A stretch of 64,000 nucleotides of DNA, from assembly GCA_963676915.2 (NCBI GenBank), contig CAXXVK010000068.1, forward strand, positions 64,001 to 128,000, read 5' to 3'. The position numbers and the translations under genes were made by a program. This document shows positions 47,967-58,486 of this stretch, piece by piece. The number at the start of each line of letters is the position of its first letter. The stretch's first letter is position 1. The notes beneath the pieces were generated by a model, which saw nothing but the letters and a program-made list of their open reading frames with translations, was not told the DNA's origin and made no database searches. This DNA is from Myxococcota bacterium (lineage in GTDB: Bacteria > Myxococcota_A > SURF-8 > G963663525).

Positions 47967-50900
47967 ATGCCAGACAACGTGATTGGTTCCGTCATGGTGG
48001 CCGGTGGCGGCATTGCGGGAATTCAGGCGTCCCTGGATCTCGCGAACAGCGGCTACCATGTGTATTTGGTCGAGAAGAAAAGCTCCATCGGTGGTGTTAT
48101 GGCCCAGTTGGACAAAACCTTCCCGACCAATGACTGCTCGATGTGCATCATGTCGCCGAAACTCGTGGAAGTCGGACGGCACAAGAACATCGAAATCATC
48201 ACCCTTGCGGACATCGAGTCGATCGAAGGCGAAAAAGGGCATTTTCAGGTCAAATTGCTCCAAAAGCCCCGCTACGTCGATCCCGACAAATGTATTGCTT
48301 GCGGTGCCTGCACCGAAAAATGCCCGATGCGCCGAATCCCCGACGAATACAACGCCGGGCTTTCCAACCGTCGCGCCATTCATATCATGTATCCCCAGGC
48401 TGTTCCGCTCAAGTACGTCATCGACCCGGAATACTGCCTGAAGATCCGTAAGGACAAATGCGGCAAATGTGCGACCGTTTGTCCCAAAGACGCGATCAAC
48501 TACAACGATACGGAAAAACATCTGCAACTCGATGTCGGTTCGATCATTCTCGCTCCCGGCTTCGAAGCCTTCGACGCCGAAGTGCTGCGTCCCTACCACT
48601 ACGGGCGGCATAAAAACGTCGTTACCTCGGTCGAGTTCGAACGTATGCTCAGCGCTTCCGGTCCTACCGGTGGACACCTCAAGCGTGCGTCCGATGGCGC
48701 TGACCCGAAGAAAATCGCCTGGTTGCAGTGCGTCGGTTCGCGTGATATCAACCGCGCCAAGAACGCTCACTGCTCCTCGGTGTGCTGTATGTACGCCATC
48801 AAAGAAGCGATCATCGCCAAAGAGCACGCCGGAGATTCGCTCGACTGCTCGGTCTTCTTTATGGATATGCGTACCCATGGCAAAGACTTCGAAGCCTGTT
48901 ACAACGACGCGAAGCACAAGCACGACATCGATTTCATCCGTACGCGGGTGCACTCGGTAACGCCGATTGACGACGATACGCTGGAGTTGGCCTATATTAA
49001 TGACAACGGCGAGATGGAAAAAGACGTGTTCGATATCGTCGTGCTGTCCGTTGGCCTGCAAAGCAGCAAAGAAATGATCGACCTGGCCGGGAAAGCCGAG
49101 ATCGACCTTACCCAAAGCAGCTTCTGCAAGACCGCTTCGTTCAGCCCCGTGAAATCTTCTCGCGACGGCATTTACGTCTGTGGCGCGTTCTCGGGTCCGA
49201 AAGACATTCCTCAATCGGTGATCGAAGCCTCTTCGGCGGCCCAATGTGCCGGTTCCGATCTGATCGAGGCACGCGGTTCCCAGGAAACCGAAGTCGAGCC
49301 GACGCCGCAACTGAACGTCTTCAACGAAAGCCCGCGTGTCGGCGTGTTCGTCTGCCACTGCGGAACCAACATCGGCGGTATCGTGGATGTCGAGTCCGTG
49401 GCCGAGTACGCCAAGACGCTGCCCAACGTGGAATACGCGACGACCAACATGTACACCTGCTCGCAGGATACCCAAGAGTTGATCGCCAACACCATCCGCG
49501 AACAGAAACTCAATCGTGTGGTCGTGGCCGCTTGTACGCCGAAGACCCACGAAGCCCTGTTCCAGGAGACGATGGAAGCGGCGGGACTGAACAAATACCT
49601 GTTCGAGTTCGCCAACATCCGTAACCACGTCTCGTGGGTACATAAAGACAATCCCGCGCTCGCCACGCAGAAATCCAACGATCTCGTGAAAATGGCGGTC
49701 GCCAAAGTGGCCTGCCTCGAACCGCTCGACGAACCGCCGAGCTGGAAATCGATCCTTCCGCCCTCGTCATCGGCGGCGGCGTGTCCGGTATGGCGGCGGC
49801 CCGTGGGTTGTCGGCTCAGGGATATCCCGTGCATCTCGTGGAACGGGAATCCGAACTCGGTGGACAGTCTCTCGACCTCTACAAAACCTGGCAGGGCGAG
49901 GACATTCAGCAGAGCGTTTCCAACCTGATCGACGAAGTGATGCGCGACGACCGGATCGTGGTTCATCTCGACACGACGCTGGAACACGTCGATGGTTTCG
50001 TGGGGAACTTCACCTCCACACTCAAGACCGGCGACGCGGAAAAACAGATCAAGCACGGTGTGACGATCATCGCCACCGGTGCCAAAGCCTACAAGCCCAA
50101 CGAATATCTCTACGGTGAGGATCGGCGCGTCCTGACGCATCAGGAACTCGACCGCCGCTTCATCGAAGACGATCCGGAACTGGCCAAGGTTCAAACGGCC
50201 GTGTTCATTCAATGTGTCGGTTCCCGCGAGCCGCAACGGCCATATTGCTCCCGCGTTTGCTGTACGCATACGATGGAAAACGCCATCCAGCTCAAAAAAC
50301 GCAATCCCGACATGAAGGTTTTCGTCCTGTATCGCGATATCCGCACTTACGGCGAACGCGAACGGCTGTACCAGAAAGCCCGCGAAATGGGTGTGATTTT
50401 CATCCGTTTCGGCCTGGAGAACAAGCCGGTGGTCGAGGCCAAAGAAGACGGCCTGGCCATCACCGTCGAAGATCACGTGCTCCACATGCCCGTCACCATC
50501 AAGGCCGACATGCTGGCCCTGGCAACGGCGATCCAGCCTCACAACAATACGAAGCTCGGACAGCAGTTCAAGGTGTCGGTCAATCAGGACGGTTTCTTCC
50601 TCGAATCCCACGTCAAACTCGCGCCTTCCGATTTCGCCACCGATGGCGTTTTCCTCTGCGGTATGGCGCATTATCCCAAGCCCATCGATGAAGCCATTGC
50701 CCAGGCGCAGGCGGCGTCCTCTCGGGCCACGACCCTTTTGGCTCGGCAGAAAATCTCCATCAGCGGCAATGTCCTCCTACGTCAAGCCGGAAGACTGCGC
50801 CGGATGCGGAACCTGCATCGACCAATGCCCCTACAACGCGGCAAGCTTCATCACCGAAGGTCCGTGGGCCGGACGTTCCCAGATCAATCCGATGCTCTGC

Positions 50901-51002
50901 AAGGGCTGCGGACTGTGCATGGCGTCCTGTCGGTCGGGTGCGATTCAGCTGAAGGGATTCGACGAGAACCAGGTCATGATTCAAATCGCGGAGGCATTGT
51001 AA
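47967..51002 (+). CDS. hdrA: heterodisulfide reductase subunit A, long form with two FAD modules; frameshifts ~49735 and ~50776
   Basis: GGGIAG, LDKTFPTNDCSMC, QCVGSRD..CSSVCC, VFVCHCG, second GGGVSG..QCVGSRE..CSRVCC, C-terminal CAGCGTC/CKGCGLC. Confidence 0.92.
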
Positions 51003-51004
51003 TT

Positions 51005-51482
51005 ATGAATACCAATACCCAAGTGCAGAAACCGGATGCCCCTGACGCCACTGAGGCGTGGGAGCCGAAAATCGTAGCGTTTTTCTGCAACTGGTGCACC
51101 TACGGGGCCGCCGACCTCGCGGGGCGTCAACCGCTTGCAGTATCCGCCGAACTTCAAAGTGATTCGCGTGCCCTGTTCCGGCCGGATCAGCCCGAAACTG
51201 ATTCTCCAGGCATTCCGCAACGGCGCGGACGGCGTGTGGATTTCCGGCTGTCACCCTGGAGATTGCCATTACATCGAAGGCAACCTCTACGCTCGGCGAC
51301 GGTTCACGATGTTCCGTGAAATGCTGAAATACATCGGCATCGAAGAAAAACGCCTGAACTTCTCGTGGATCAGCGCGGCGGAAGGCACCAAGTTCGCCGA
51401 AGTGGCGAAGGAAGTCATCAACGATGTGAAAGCGCTGGGGCCGGCGCAGAAACTCATCAAGCGGAAGGCCGAGGTGGAATAA
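51005..51482 (+). CDS. flxD: MvhD/FlxD [2Fe-2S] subunit, frameshift ~51123
   Basis: WEPKIVAFFCNWCTYGAADLAG then RVPCSGR..GADGV..GCHPGDCHY..WISAAEG. Confidence 0.88.
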
Positions 51483-52438
51483 TGCAACAATATACCGAAA
51501 CCATTCGGGATATCGCGAAGAAACTGTTCGACGCCGGAGATATCGAAGCCTTCATCGGCTATCGAAAAGGCTCCGTGCCGATGACCAACCGCCCGGTGGC
51601 GATTCGCAAGGCCGAAGATGTCGAAACCCTGATCTGGGACAGCCATTGCGCGCTGAACCTCGCCAATTACGTGCGGGAGCACAAAGGCAAAATCGCCGTG
51701 CTGGCTACGGGCTGCAACTCTCGTAACCTCGTCATGCACTTGCAAGAGCACCAGGTCGAGCGCGAAAACCTGCACATCATCGGGATTCCCTGCACCGGCA
51801 TGGTGGATCACCGAGCGATTAAAAAGGCGATTGGCGATAAAGATATTCTCGAAGTCAGCGAAGACGCGGACGGCGAGACGATCATCGTCAAGGGAAAAGA
51901 TTTTGAAGAAAGCTTCAAAAAATCGGACGTTTTGCAACGAAACTGCAAAAGCTGCAAACATCCCAATCCCGTCATTTACGATGAACTGGTTGCCGAACTC
52001 GTGCCCGAACCGGAAAACGCCCCGGCCTGCGAAGATGTCGAGGCTGTGGAAAAGATGGAGCCGGAAGAGCGCTGGGCGCACTTCGAAGGCATGTTCGACA
52101 ACTGCATCCGCTGCTATGCTTGTCGCAACGCCTGCCCGCTGTGCTACTGCCCGACCTGTTTTGTAGACGAAAACCGTCCCCAGTGGGTTGGAAAGAGCAC
52201 GGACCCGACCGATACGATGACCTTCCACTTCCTCAGAGCTTTCCACATGGCCGGTCGCTGCACCGACTGCGGAGCTTGCGAGCGCGTTTGTCCGGTGGAC
52301 ATTCCACTGAAGTACTTGACGAACAAGCTCAACAAGGAAGCCTTGGCGATCTACGGTTATGAAGCGGGGATGGACCCTGAAGCCAAACCGCTGTTGGACA
52401 AGTACAAGATGACGGATCTCAACGATTTCATACGCTAA
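51482..52438 (+). CDS. flxC: FlxC-like 4Fe-4S dicluster protein
   Basis: CIRCYACRNACPLCYCPTC, RAFHMAGRCTDCGACERVCP; TAATG overlap with flxD. Confidence 0.82.
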   Translation: MQQYTETIRDIAKKLFDAGDIEAFIGYRKGSVPMTNRPVAIRKAEDVETLIWDSHCALNLANYVREHKGKIAVLATGCNSRNLVMHLQEHQVERENLHIIGIPCTGMVDHRAIKKAIGDKDILEVSEDADGETIIVKGKDFEESFKKSDVLQRNCKSCKHPNPVIYDELVAELVPEPENAPACEDVEAVEKMEPEERWAHFEGMFDNCIRCYACRNACPLCYCPTCFVDENRPQWVGKSTDPTDTMTFHFLRAFHMAGRCTDCGACERVCPVDIPLKYLTNKLNKEALAIYGYEAGMDPEAKPLLDKYKMTDLNDFIR

Positions 52439-52449
52439 GGAACATCGGC

Positions 52450-53502
52450 ATGACACGCAAAGTCTATACGAAAGAAGAATGGCAAAGCGCGGTGACCCGG
52501 CTCGCCGAGAACCGTCGCGTCTTCGCTCCGGCGAAAGAAAAGCAATATACGGCGTTCAAAAAGGTAAACGGCCAGAACGATTTCGACTTCGATACGCTCA
52601 AGACCCGGCTGTCGCCCAAAGGTGCCGTTTTCCCGCAATCGGAGCGCATGTTCGAATTTTCGCTGAATCCCCAGGATGCGGATTCCGGCATTATGCACGA
52701 AGCTCCCAAGGGTCACGAACCCCAGGTCGTTTTCGGTCTGCGTCCCTGTGACGCGATGTCGTTCAAGCTGGTTCAACCCAACTTCGACAACGCCGAGTAC
52801 CGCGATCCCTGGTGGACGGACCGTTACGAAGCAACGACCTTCGTTGGATTGGGATGCAACCAACCTCGTCAGACCTGCTTCTGCACCAGCGTCGGTTCCG
52901 GTCCTTTCTCCGAAAAGGGTCTGGATGCCATCGCCTATGATCTGGGTGATGACATTCTCCTCAAGGCCGTTACGGAAAAAGGCGAAGAACTGCTGAAAAC
53001 TCTGGAAGGTGGAAAAGAAGCCGCCGACGAAGCCGTCAAGGCTGCGGAACATTTGGCCCAGGAAGCGGAAAAGAACGTCCCCTCCGCCGTCGAAACGGAC
53101 GGATTGAAGGATGTGGGCGAAAAGGCTCTGTTCGACGCCGATTTCTGGAAAGAAAACTTCGACGGTTGCATCAACTGTGGTGCTTGCACCTATGCCTGTC
53201 CCACCTGCTGGTGTTTCGACATTCAGGACGAAACCTACAAGGGTGACGGCCTTCGGATGCGCAACTGGGATTCCTGCATGTTCCCGCTGTTCACCAAACA
53301 CGGCATGGGACACAATCCGCGTGGCGATAAATATATGCGCGTACGCCAGCGCTTTATGCATAAATTCAAGTACTACCTCGAAAAATACAACGAGGGACCG
53401 CTGTGCGTCGGTTGTGGCCGCTGTGTCGATGTATGCCCGGCCAATATCGATATTCGAGAAGCCGTTCGTCTGATGAACCACTATTCGAAACAAGGACATT
53501 GA
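52450..53502 (+). CDS. flxB: FlxB (AsrA-like) 4Fe-4S protein
   Basis: FGLRPCD, TCFCTS, CINCGACTYACPTCWCF, RNWDSC, RQRFMHK, CVGCGRC. Confidence 0.85.
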   Translation: MTRKVYTKEEWQSAVTRLAENRRVFAPAKEKQYTAFKKVNGQNDFDFDTLKTRLSPKGAVFPQSERMFEFSLNPQDADSGIMHEAPKGHEPQVVFGLRPCDAMSFKLVQPNFDNAEYRDPWWTDRYEATTFVGLGCNQPRQTCFCTSVGSGPFSEKGLDAIAYDLGDDILLKAVTEKGEELLKTLEGGKEAADEAVKAAEHLAQEAEKNVPSAVETDGLKDVGEKALFDADFWKENFDGCINCGACTYACPTCWCFDIQDETYKGDGLRMRNWDSCMFPLFTKHGMGHNPRGDKYMRVRQRFMHKFKYYLEKYNEGPLCVGCGRCVDVCPANIDIREAVRLMNHYSKQGH

Positions 53503-53503
53503 C

Positions 53504-54391
53504 ATGGTTACGTTGACCCACAAGCATTGCCACTGCAAGTCGAATCCGTTTATGCCGTATCCGATGGAAATCGCGGAAGTGATCGACGAAACGGCGGATC
53601 GCAGCCTGAAGACCTTCAAGCTGACGTTCCGCAACGAAGAAGATCGCGAAAAGTTTTCCTTCATTCCCGGCCAGTTCGCGGAAATCTCCATTCCCGGACA
53701 GGGAGAAATCCCCATCGGTATCGCTTCTTCGCCGACCGAAGAAGGCTTTTTGTACTTCACCGTACAGAAAGTCGGTTCGGTAACCACCCACCTGCATAAC
53801 ATGAAGCCCGGTAGCGTGGTCGGTATTCGCGGTCCGTTGGGCAACTGGTACCCCTGGAAAGAGATGGAAGGCAAAAACGTCGTCATCATCGGTGGTGGCT
53901 GTGCGTTCTCGACCCTGCGTTCCAGCATCGTTTACATGCTCGACAAGGCCAACCGCTCGAAGTTCAAAGACATCCATGCCGTGTACGGTGCGCGTAGCCT
54001 GGGACACCTGATCTACCGTGACGAGATCACCGCCTGGACCGAGCGCGACGACATCAACATGCACATCACCGTGGATGCCATGGGTGAAAAAGACGAAGAG
54101 CCGGGTTGGCGTTGCAGCGTCGGATTCGTACCGACCATCGTCAAAGAGAAAATCACCGACGCCACCGATTCGATCGCAATCGTGTGCGGACCTCCGGCGA
54201 TGATCCGCTTCACGCAGCCCGTGTTGAAGGCCGTGGGATTCCCGGACGATCGCATCATCCTTTCCCTGGAAAACCGGATGAAATGCGGTGTCGGCATGTG
54301 CGGTCGTTGCAACGTGGGCGACAAGCTCGTTTGCAAAGACGGCCCGGTCTTTTCGCTGGCCGAACTGGGAGAATTGCCCTCCGATTACTGA
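53504..54391 (+). CDS. flxA: FlxA FAD/NAD(H)-binding oxidoreductase (AsrB/PyrK-like)
   Basis: PGQF, RGPLGN, GGGC, CGPPAM, LENRMKCGVGMCGRC...VCKDGPVF. Confidence 0.87.
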   Translation: MVTLTHKHCHCKSNPFMPYPMEIAEVIDETADRSLKTFKLTFRNEEDREKFSFIPGQFAEISIPGQGEIPIGIASSPTEEGFLYFTVQKVGSVTTHLHNMKPGSVVGIRGPLGNWYPWKEMEGKNVVIIGGGCAFSTLRSSIVYMLDKANRSKFKDIHAVYGARSLGHLIYRDEITAWTERDDINMHITVDAMGEKDEEPGWRCSVGFVPTIVKEKITDATDSIAIVCGPPAMIRFTQPVLKAVGFPDDRIILSLENRMKCGVGMCGRCNVGDKLVCKDGPVFSLAELGELPSDY

Positions 54392-54424
54392 GATCAGAAC
54401 GAATCTCGTTCCGATTGATCTTTC

Positions 54425-54469
54425 AAGCCGTCGGTTTCAACGGTAAACGTTGCAAATCGGCGGCTTTTT
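54425..54469 (+). terminator. probable terminator after flxA
   Basis: AAGCCGTCGGTTT-CAACG...CGTTG-C-AAATCGGCGGCTTTTT. Confidence 0.6.
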
Positions 54470-54600
54470 GCGTGTTTTCGAACCGGCTTGGTCTCCTGAG
54501 GGATGGACTTTCGAGAGCAAATCGGGTATACCTGCCGATGACGGGATGAAGGTTTGAGAAGGTCGATAGTAACATTTGCCAAGAAAGAGATTCCATCCGG

Positions 54601-56259
54601 ATGAAACGACAGTTCGACGTAATCGTAATCGGAGGGGGCGTCAACGGCTGCGGCGTAGCTCGTGACCTGGCGTTGAGAGGCGTCAAGGTACTTTTGCTCG
54701 ACAAAGGCGACTTGTCGATGGGTACGTCCTGGGCCAGTTCGGGAATGATTCACGGCGGCATTCGGTATTTGCTGTCCGATGTTTCCACAACGAAAAAATC
54801 CTGTACCGACGCCGGGTATATCATGCGGATCGCTCCGCATCTGATTTTCCGAATTCCCTTGGTTTATCCGGTACTTAAAGAAGAAGGTCTAGCAGGGCGC
54901 ATCAAGCTTGAAGGTGCCACGGCGCTGTTTTCGGTGTACGACCATTTCCAGCCGCTCAAAGGCGGTCTGCCGCATCAACGGTTAAGCGTCGAGGAACTCA
55001 AGCGCATCGTGCCCGATGTCAACCCGGAAGTGATCGGCGGGGTGGTTACCGACGAATGGGGCATCGACGTTCCCCGGCTGTGTATCGCCAATGCTCTACA
55101 TGCCGCCGAGTTGGGAGCGAAGATCCGAACATGGTCCGAAGTGACCAATCTGCTGATGGATGGCAAGAGCGTTACCGGCGTACGATGGAAAGACATCATT
55201 ACCGGTCATATTCACGAAGCGGACTGTCGCTTGGTGATCAACTGCGCCGGACCGTGGGCGCCTAAGGTTGCCAAAATGGGCGGAGCCGAGGTGAAACTAC
55301 GGCCTGCCAAGGGTGTCCATTTGGTGCTGGACCGTCGTATCAGCGATGTCGGAGTACTCGCCCAGGCCATCGATGGTCGTCAGGTGTTCGTGATCCCCCA
55401 TGAAAACGTTTCGTTGATCGGTACCACCGACGACGATTACTATGGCGATCCCGATGAACTGATGGTTACCGAGGACGAAATCGCCTACCTGTTCCAGGCT
55501 TTGGAACGCTCCTTGCCGGGAATTCGGGCCGCTCGGGTGGTCAAGACCATAGCGGGGCTGCGTCCGACTTTGTTCGAAGCCGACAAATACGAAGACGACC
55601 TCACCCGCGATCACCGTGTCTACGATCACCAGACGGGCGATGGCGTACGTAACTTCGTGACGCTGGCGGGTGGAAAGCTCGCGGCCTATCGGGTGATGGC
55701 CGAGGATACCGTGGATCTGGCCTGCCGCAAGTTGCGGGTCAGCGCTCGTTGTGTCACACACACCGTTCCGCTTCCCGGCGGGGGAGAGCAGCCGGATGCA
55801 TTGGAGCTTGCCGAAGAGTTCGGACTCGATCCCTACGCTGTACGTCGGTTGATATTCCGCCAGGGTTCCCGAGCGCGGGATGTGCTGGAACTCGTCCGCG
55901 AAGATCCACGCAATGCGGCGTTGATCTGCGAATGCGAGCCGGTGATGGAGGCCGAAATCCGCTATTGTATCCGTCACGAAATGGTGCGCAGGCCGGTGGA
56001 TCTCATCGGACGCTGTCGCTTGGGTGAAGGTCCGTGTCAGGGCTTCGGCTGTCTGGTTCAGGCGGCGATGATCTTCGGCGACGAGCGAGGGTTGTCCCAT
56101 GCGGAGGTGATGAACGAGGCCGTATATATGTTGCAGGAAAAATGGAAATGGCGCAGGCCGGTGTTGACGGCGGCGCAACTTGCTGTGGAGGACCTGTATC
56201 GCATGGTACATCAGGCCGTGCTGAATCCCCAGAAGACGACCTCGAAGGAGGTGTTCTGA
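54601..56259 (+). CDS. glpA: anaerobic-type glycerol-3-phosphate dehydrogenase subunit A
   Basis: GGGVNG, GTS..SSGMIHGGIRYL, INCAGPW, KGVH, IGTTD, GGKL; C-terminal BFD-like ICECE...GPCQGFGC. Confidence 0.88.
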   Translation: MKRQFDVIVIGGGVNGCGVARDLALRGVKVLLLDKGDLSMGTSWASSGMIHGGIRYLLSDVSTTKKSCTDAGYIMRIAPHLIFRIPLVYPVLKEEGLAGRIKLEGATALFSVYDHFQPLKGGLPHQRLSVEELKRIVPDVNPEVIGGVVTDEWGIDVPRLCIANALHAAELGAKIRTWSEVTNLLMDGKSVTGVRWKDIITGHIHEADCRLVINCAGPWAPKVAKMGGAEVKLRPAKGVHLVLDRRISDVGVLAQAIDGRQVFVIPHENVSLIGTTDDDYYGDPDELMVTEDEIAYLFQALERSLPGIRAARVVKTIAGLRPTLFEADKYEDDLTRDHRVYDHQTGDGVRNFVTLAGGKLAAYRVMAEDTVDLACRKLRVSARCVTHTVPLPGGGEQPDALELAEEFGLDPYAVRRLIFRQGSRARDVLELVREDPRNAALICECEPVMEAEIRYCIRHEMVRRPVDLIGRCRLGEGPCQGFGCLVQAAMIFGDERGLSHAEVMNEAVYMLQEKWKWRRPVLTAAQLAVEDLYRMVHQAVLNPQKTTSKEVF

Positions 56260-57551
56260 TGGCGGGTAAGGTTGCGGTAATCGGAGGTGGACTGGCGGGA
56301 ATCATGGCGTCGTTGAGCGCTCGCCGTGAGGGAAGCGAAGTGACGTTGTTGTCCCGCTCGTTGGGACGCACGGCGTTGTCTTCGGGACTTCTTGCGCTGG
56401 CGGATATTCCCGGACTGCGCTATAGCGCCGGAGATTTCGTCATCGATGATCTGGTGGCTTCGTTGCTCGAACTTCGTCCTCATCATCCCTATGCAAAGAT
56501 CGAACGGCCCCGTTCCGACCTGCTTCGGGCGTTGTCGTTGTTGATCCGCGTGACCGGGGATTTGTATGCCTCGCCGGATGAAAACTTGCGGGTTCTGGAT
56601 TTTCCCAACGAAATCGGGGCGTTGAGTCGCGCACAACTGGGACCGAAAGGTCGGTTGGCCGCGCGGGATCTTCAGGATGAGGGTTTGCATTTGAAAGTCG
56701 TGGGTTTCCACGGTTTTCCGCGTTTTCGACTGGGCTACATCGGCCAGCTTCTCGAGACGGTTGCCGGAAAAGACTGTCGCGTGGAGGAAGTGGAACTCAA
56801 TATCTCGAACAATTTCGGGCTGTTTCCCACGCCGGTTTCGTTGGCGCGTTTTCTCGACGATGACGAAGGCTTGGGGCATCTGATCGACGAGTTGAAGCCG
56901 ATTCAAGAATCTAGGAAGGCGGATATTCTCGTATTTCCGCCGATTTTGGGCTGGAAGCGAACGGATCTCGCCGAGCGGATTTCCGAGGAGGTCGGCGCGG
57001 ACGTGTACGAGTTGTCTCCGGCACAGTTTTCCGTTCCCGGAATGCGTCTGGTCGATCGACTGCACGAAGCGCTCGACGCCGAAGGCGTGAAGCGCGTTTC
57101 GGCCAATATTACGGGATTTCAGGCGAATGACGAACGGTTGGCGGCGGTTGTCGGAGCAACGGACGAGGATGCCGAAAAGATTTTCGAAGCCGATGCTTTC
57201 GTGCTGGCTACCGGAAAATACCTGGCTGGAGGCATTCGTCATGGCTATGGACGCTTCGAAGAGGCGATTTTTGACCTTCCGGTGTGGGAATCTGAAACAA
57301 TTATCGAGCGTCAGTTCGTCGAACGCCTGACGGATCGCGATTTTCTCGCGGCGCAACGTCTTTCAAGGATCGGCCTGCGTGTCGATCGATCGTGGCGACC
57401 GCTGAACCGGGATTTGCGTCCCGAGTACGACAATCTTTTTGCCGCAGGACATGTTTTGGGGGGCTTCGATCCATATTTGGACGGTTCCTCCCAAGGGGTG
57501 GATCTGGTAACCGGATTTCTGGCCGGACAAAAGGCCACGGAGGCGAAATGA
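56259..57551 (+). CDS. glpB: anaerobic glycerol-3-phosphate dehydrogenase subunit B
   Basis: GGGLAG, SVPGMRL, VLATGKYLAGGI, EAIFDLP, NLFAAG; TGATG overlap with glpA. Confidence 0.82.
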   Translation: MAGKVAVIGGGLAGIMASLSARREGSEVTLLSRSLGRTALSSGLLALADIPGLRYSAGDFVIDDLVASLLELRPHHPYAKIERPRSDLLRALSLLIRVTGDLYASPDENLRVLDFPNEIGALSRAQLGPKGRLAARDLQDEGLHLKVVGFHGFPRFRLGYIGQLLETVAGKDCRVEEVELNISNNFGLFPTPVSLARFLDDDEGLGHLIDELKPIQESRKADILVFPPILGWKRTDLAERISEEVGADVYELSPAQFSVPGMRLVDRLHEALDAEGVKRVSANITGFQANDERLAAVVGATDEDAEKIFEADAFVLATGKYLAGGIRHGYGRFEEAIFDLPVWESETIIERQFVERLTDRDFLAAQRLSRIGLRVDRSWRPLNRDLRPEYDNLFAAGHVLGGFDPYLDGSSQGVDLVTGFLAGQKATEAK

Positions 57552-57982
57552 AGAAGCTTTATGCACAAACCCTGATCGGTCTCTCGCTTCAAGCGACGCT
57601 GATCAAAAAGGCTGTACATGGGGTGATGGCCAAAATTCAGAATGTCCCCCGTCCCTGGGAGGAAGGGGTCAATAAATTTTTCCAAAAGTACAAAAAAGAC
57701 CACATTCTTCCGACTCGTGAAAAATCGGCCTGGCTGGCACACCAGAGCGGATGCATTCGTTGTGGTTTGTGCGACCGATACGCCGAATACGACACCCAAC
57801 GGCCTTCGTTGCTCGCTTCGACACATTTGCGGGATCTGACGCAACGGGAATATTCGCGTGGGTACATTGCCATGATCGACGGCGAGTTGTCGGAAGATAC
57901 GGCGGCTTGGGTTTGTCCTGCGGGTGTGCAGCTTCGTAAGCGAGTGGATCTTGCGAAAAGGACGGTTCAACAGGATCACTAA
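57548..57982 (+). CDS. small Fe-S protein in the glpC position
   Basis: ATGA overlap with glpB; CIRCGLC and VCPAGV motifs; 144 aa, no CCG domain. Confidence 0.68.
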   Translation: MKKLYAQTLIGLSLQATLIKKAVHGVMAKIQNVPRPWEEGVNKFFQKYKKDHILPTREKSAWLAHQSGCIRCGLCDRYAEYDTQRPSLLASTHLRDLTQREYSRGYIAMIDGELSEDTAAWVCPAGVQLRKRVDLAKRTVQQDH

Positions 57983-58211
57983 GTATGTTTCGTGAAAAAA
58001 ACGCACGATTTCTTATAGTTAAAAGTTACGTATTTCTTTGTTGCAACGTTAGATTTTCTTCTCGATAACTTCTCTTTGTATCGTGGTTGCAGGTTTCGAC
58101 GATACTTTTACACATCACATAGACATGCACGAAGGTCGGGTGGTTTTACCTGGCACCAGACTGGTGACAAAGTCTTGATGGCCGGAGCTTGTTATTTTTC
58201 ATGAATATCGA

Positions 58212-58276
58212 GTAGGTCGGGCAAATTTCTTGCCCGACAATGCCAAGGTGTCGGACTAATAATTAGCCTGACCTAC
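58212..58276. repeat. 65-bp GTAG REP doublet, copy 2 (inverted relative to copies 1 and 3)
   Basis: GTAGGTCGGGCAAATTTCTTGCCCGAC...GTCGGACTAATAATTAGCCTGACCTAC. Confidence 0.8.
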
Positions 58277-58486
58277 GATTTTTCCTCCGTTTTTCGTTGG
58301 GAATAACGAGTTTTCTTCCCTATAAATTCATACTCGGAAAAATTCTCGAAAATGAAAAAACTTCGTCCGTTCGAAGTTTTTTTGACAGCTTCCATTGCAA
58401 AAAACACAAAAACTGTTAAAACTTGCTAAATCGTACCAATATATTTTTTGGACGGATATCATGGTATTATGTGGAAAGGGAACGAC

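Noticed and set aside
47145-49643. 832-aa antisense ORF and similar long shadow ORFs (4..870, 58328..59764, 59709..61223)
   Set aside because: Antisense to well-conserved genes with strong codon bias; no motifs of their own
47967-51482. Selenocysteine recoding in hdrA or flxD as the cause of the split ORFs
   Set aside because: The usual Sec positions are Cys codons here, and the breaks are frame changes, not in-frame UGA
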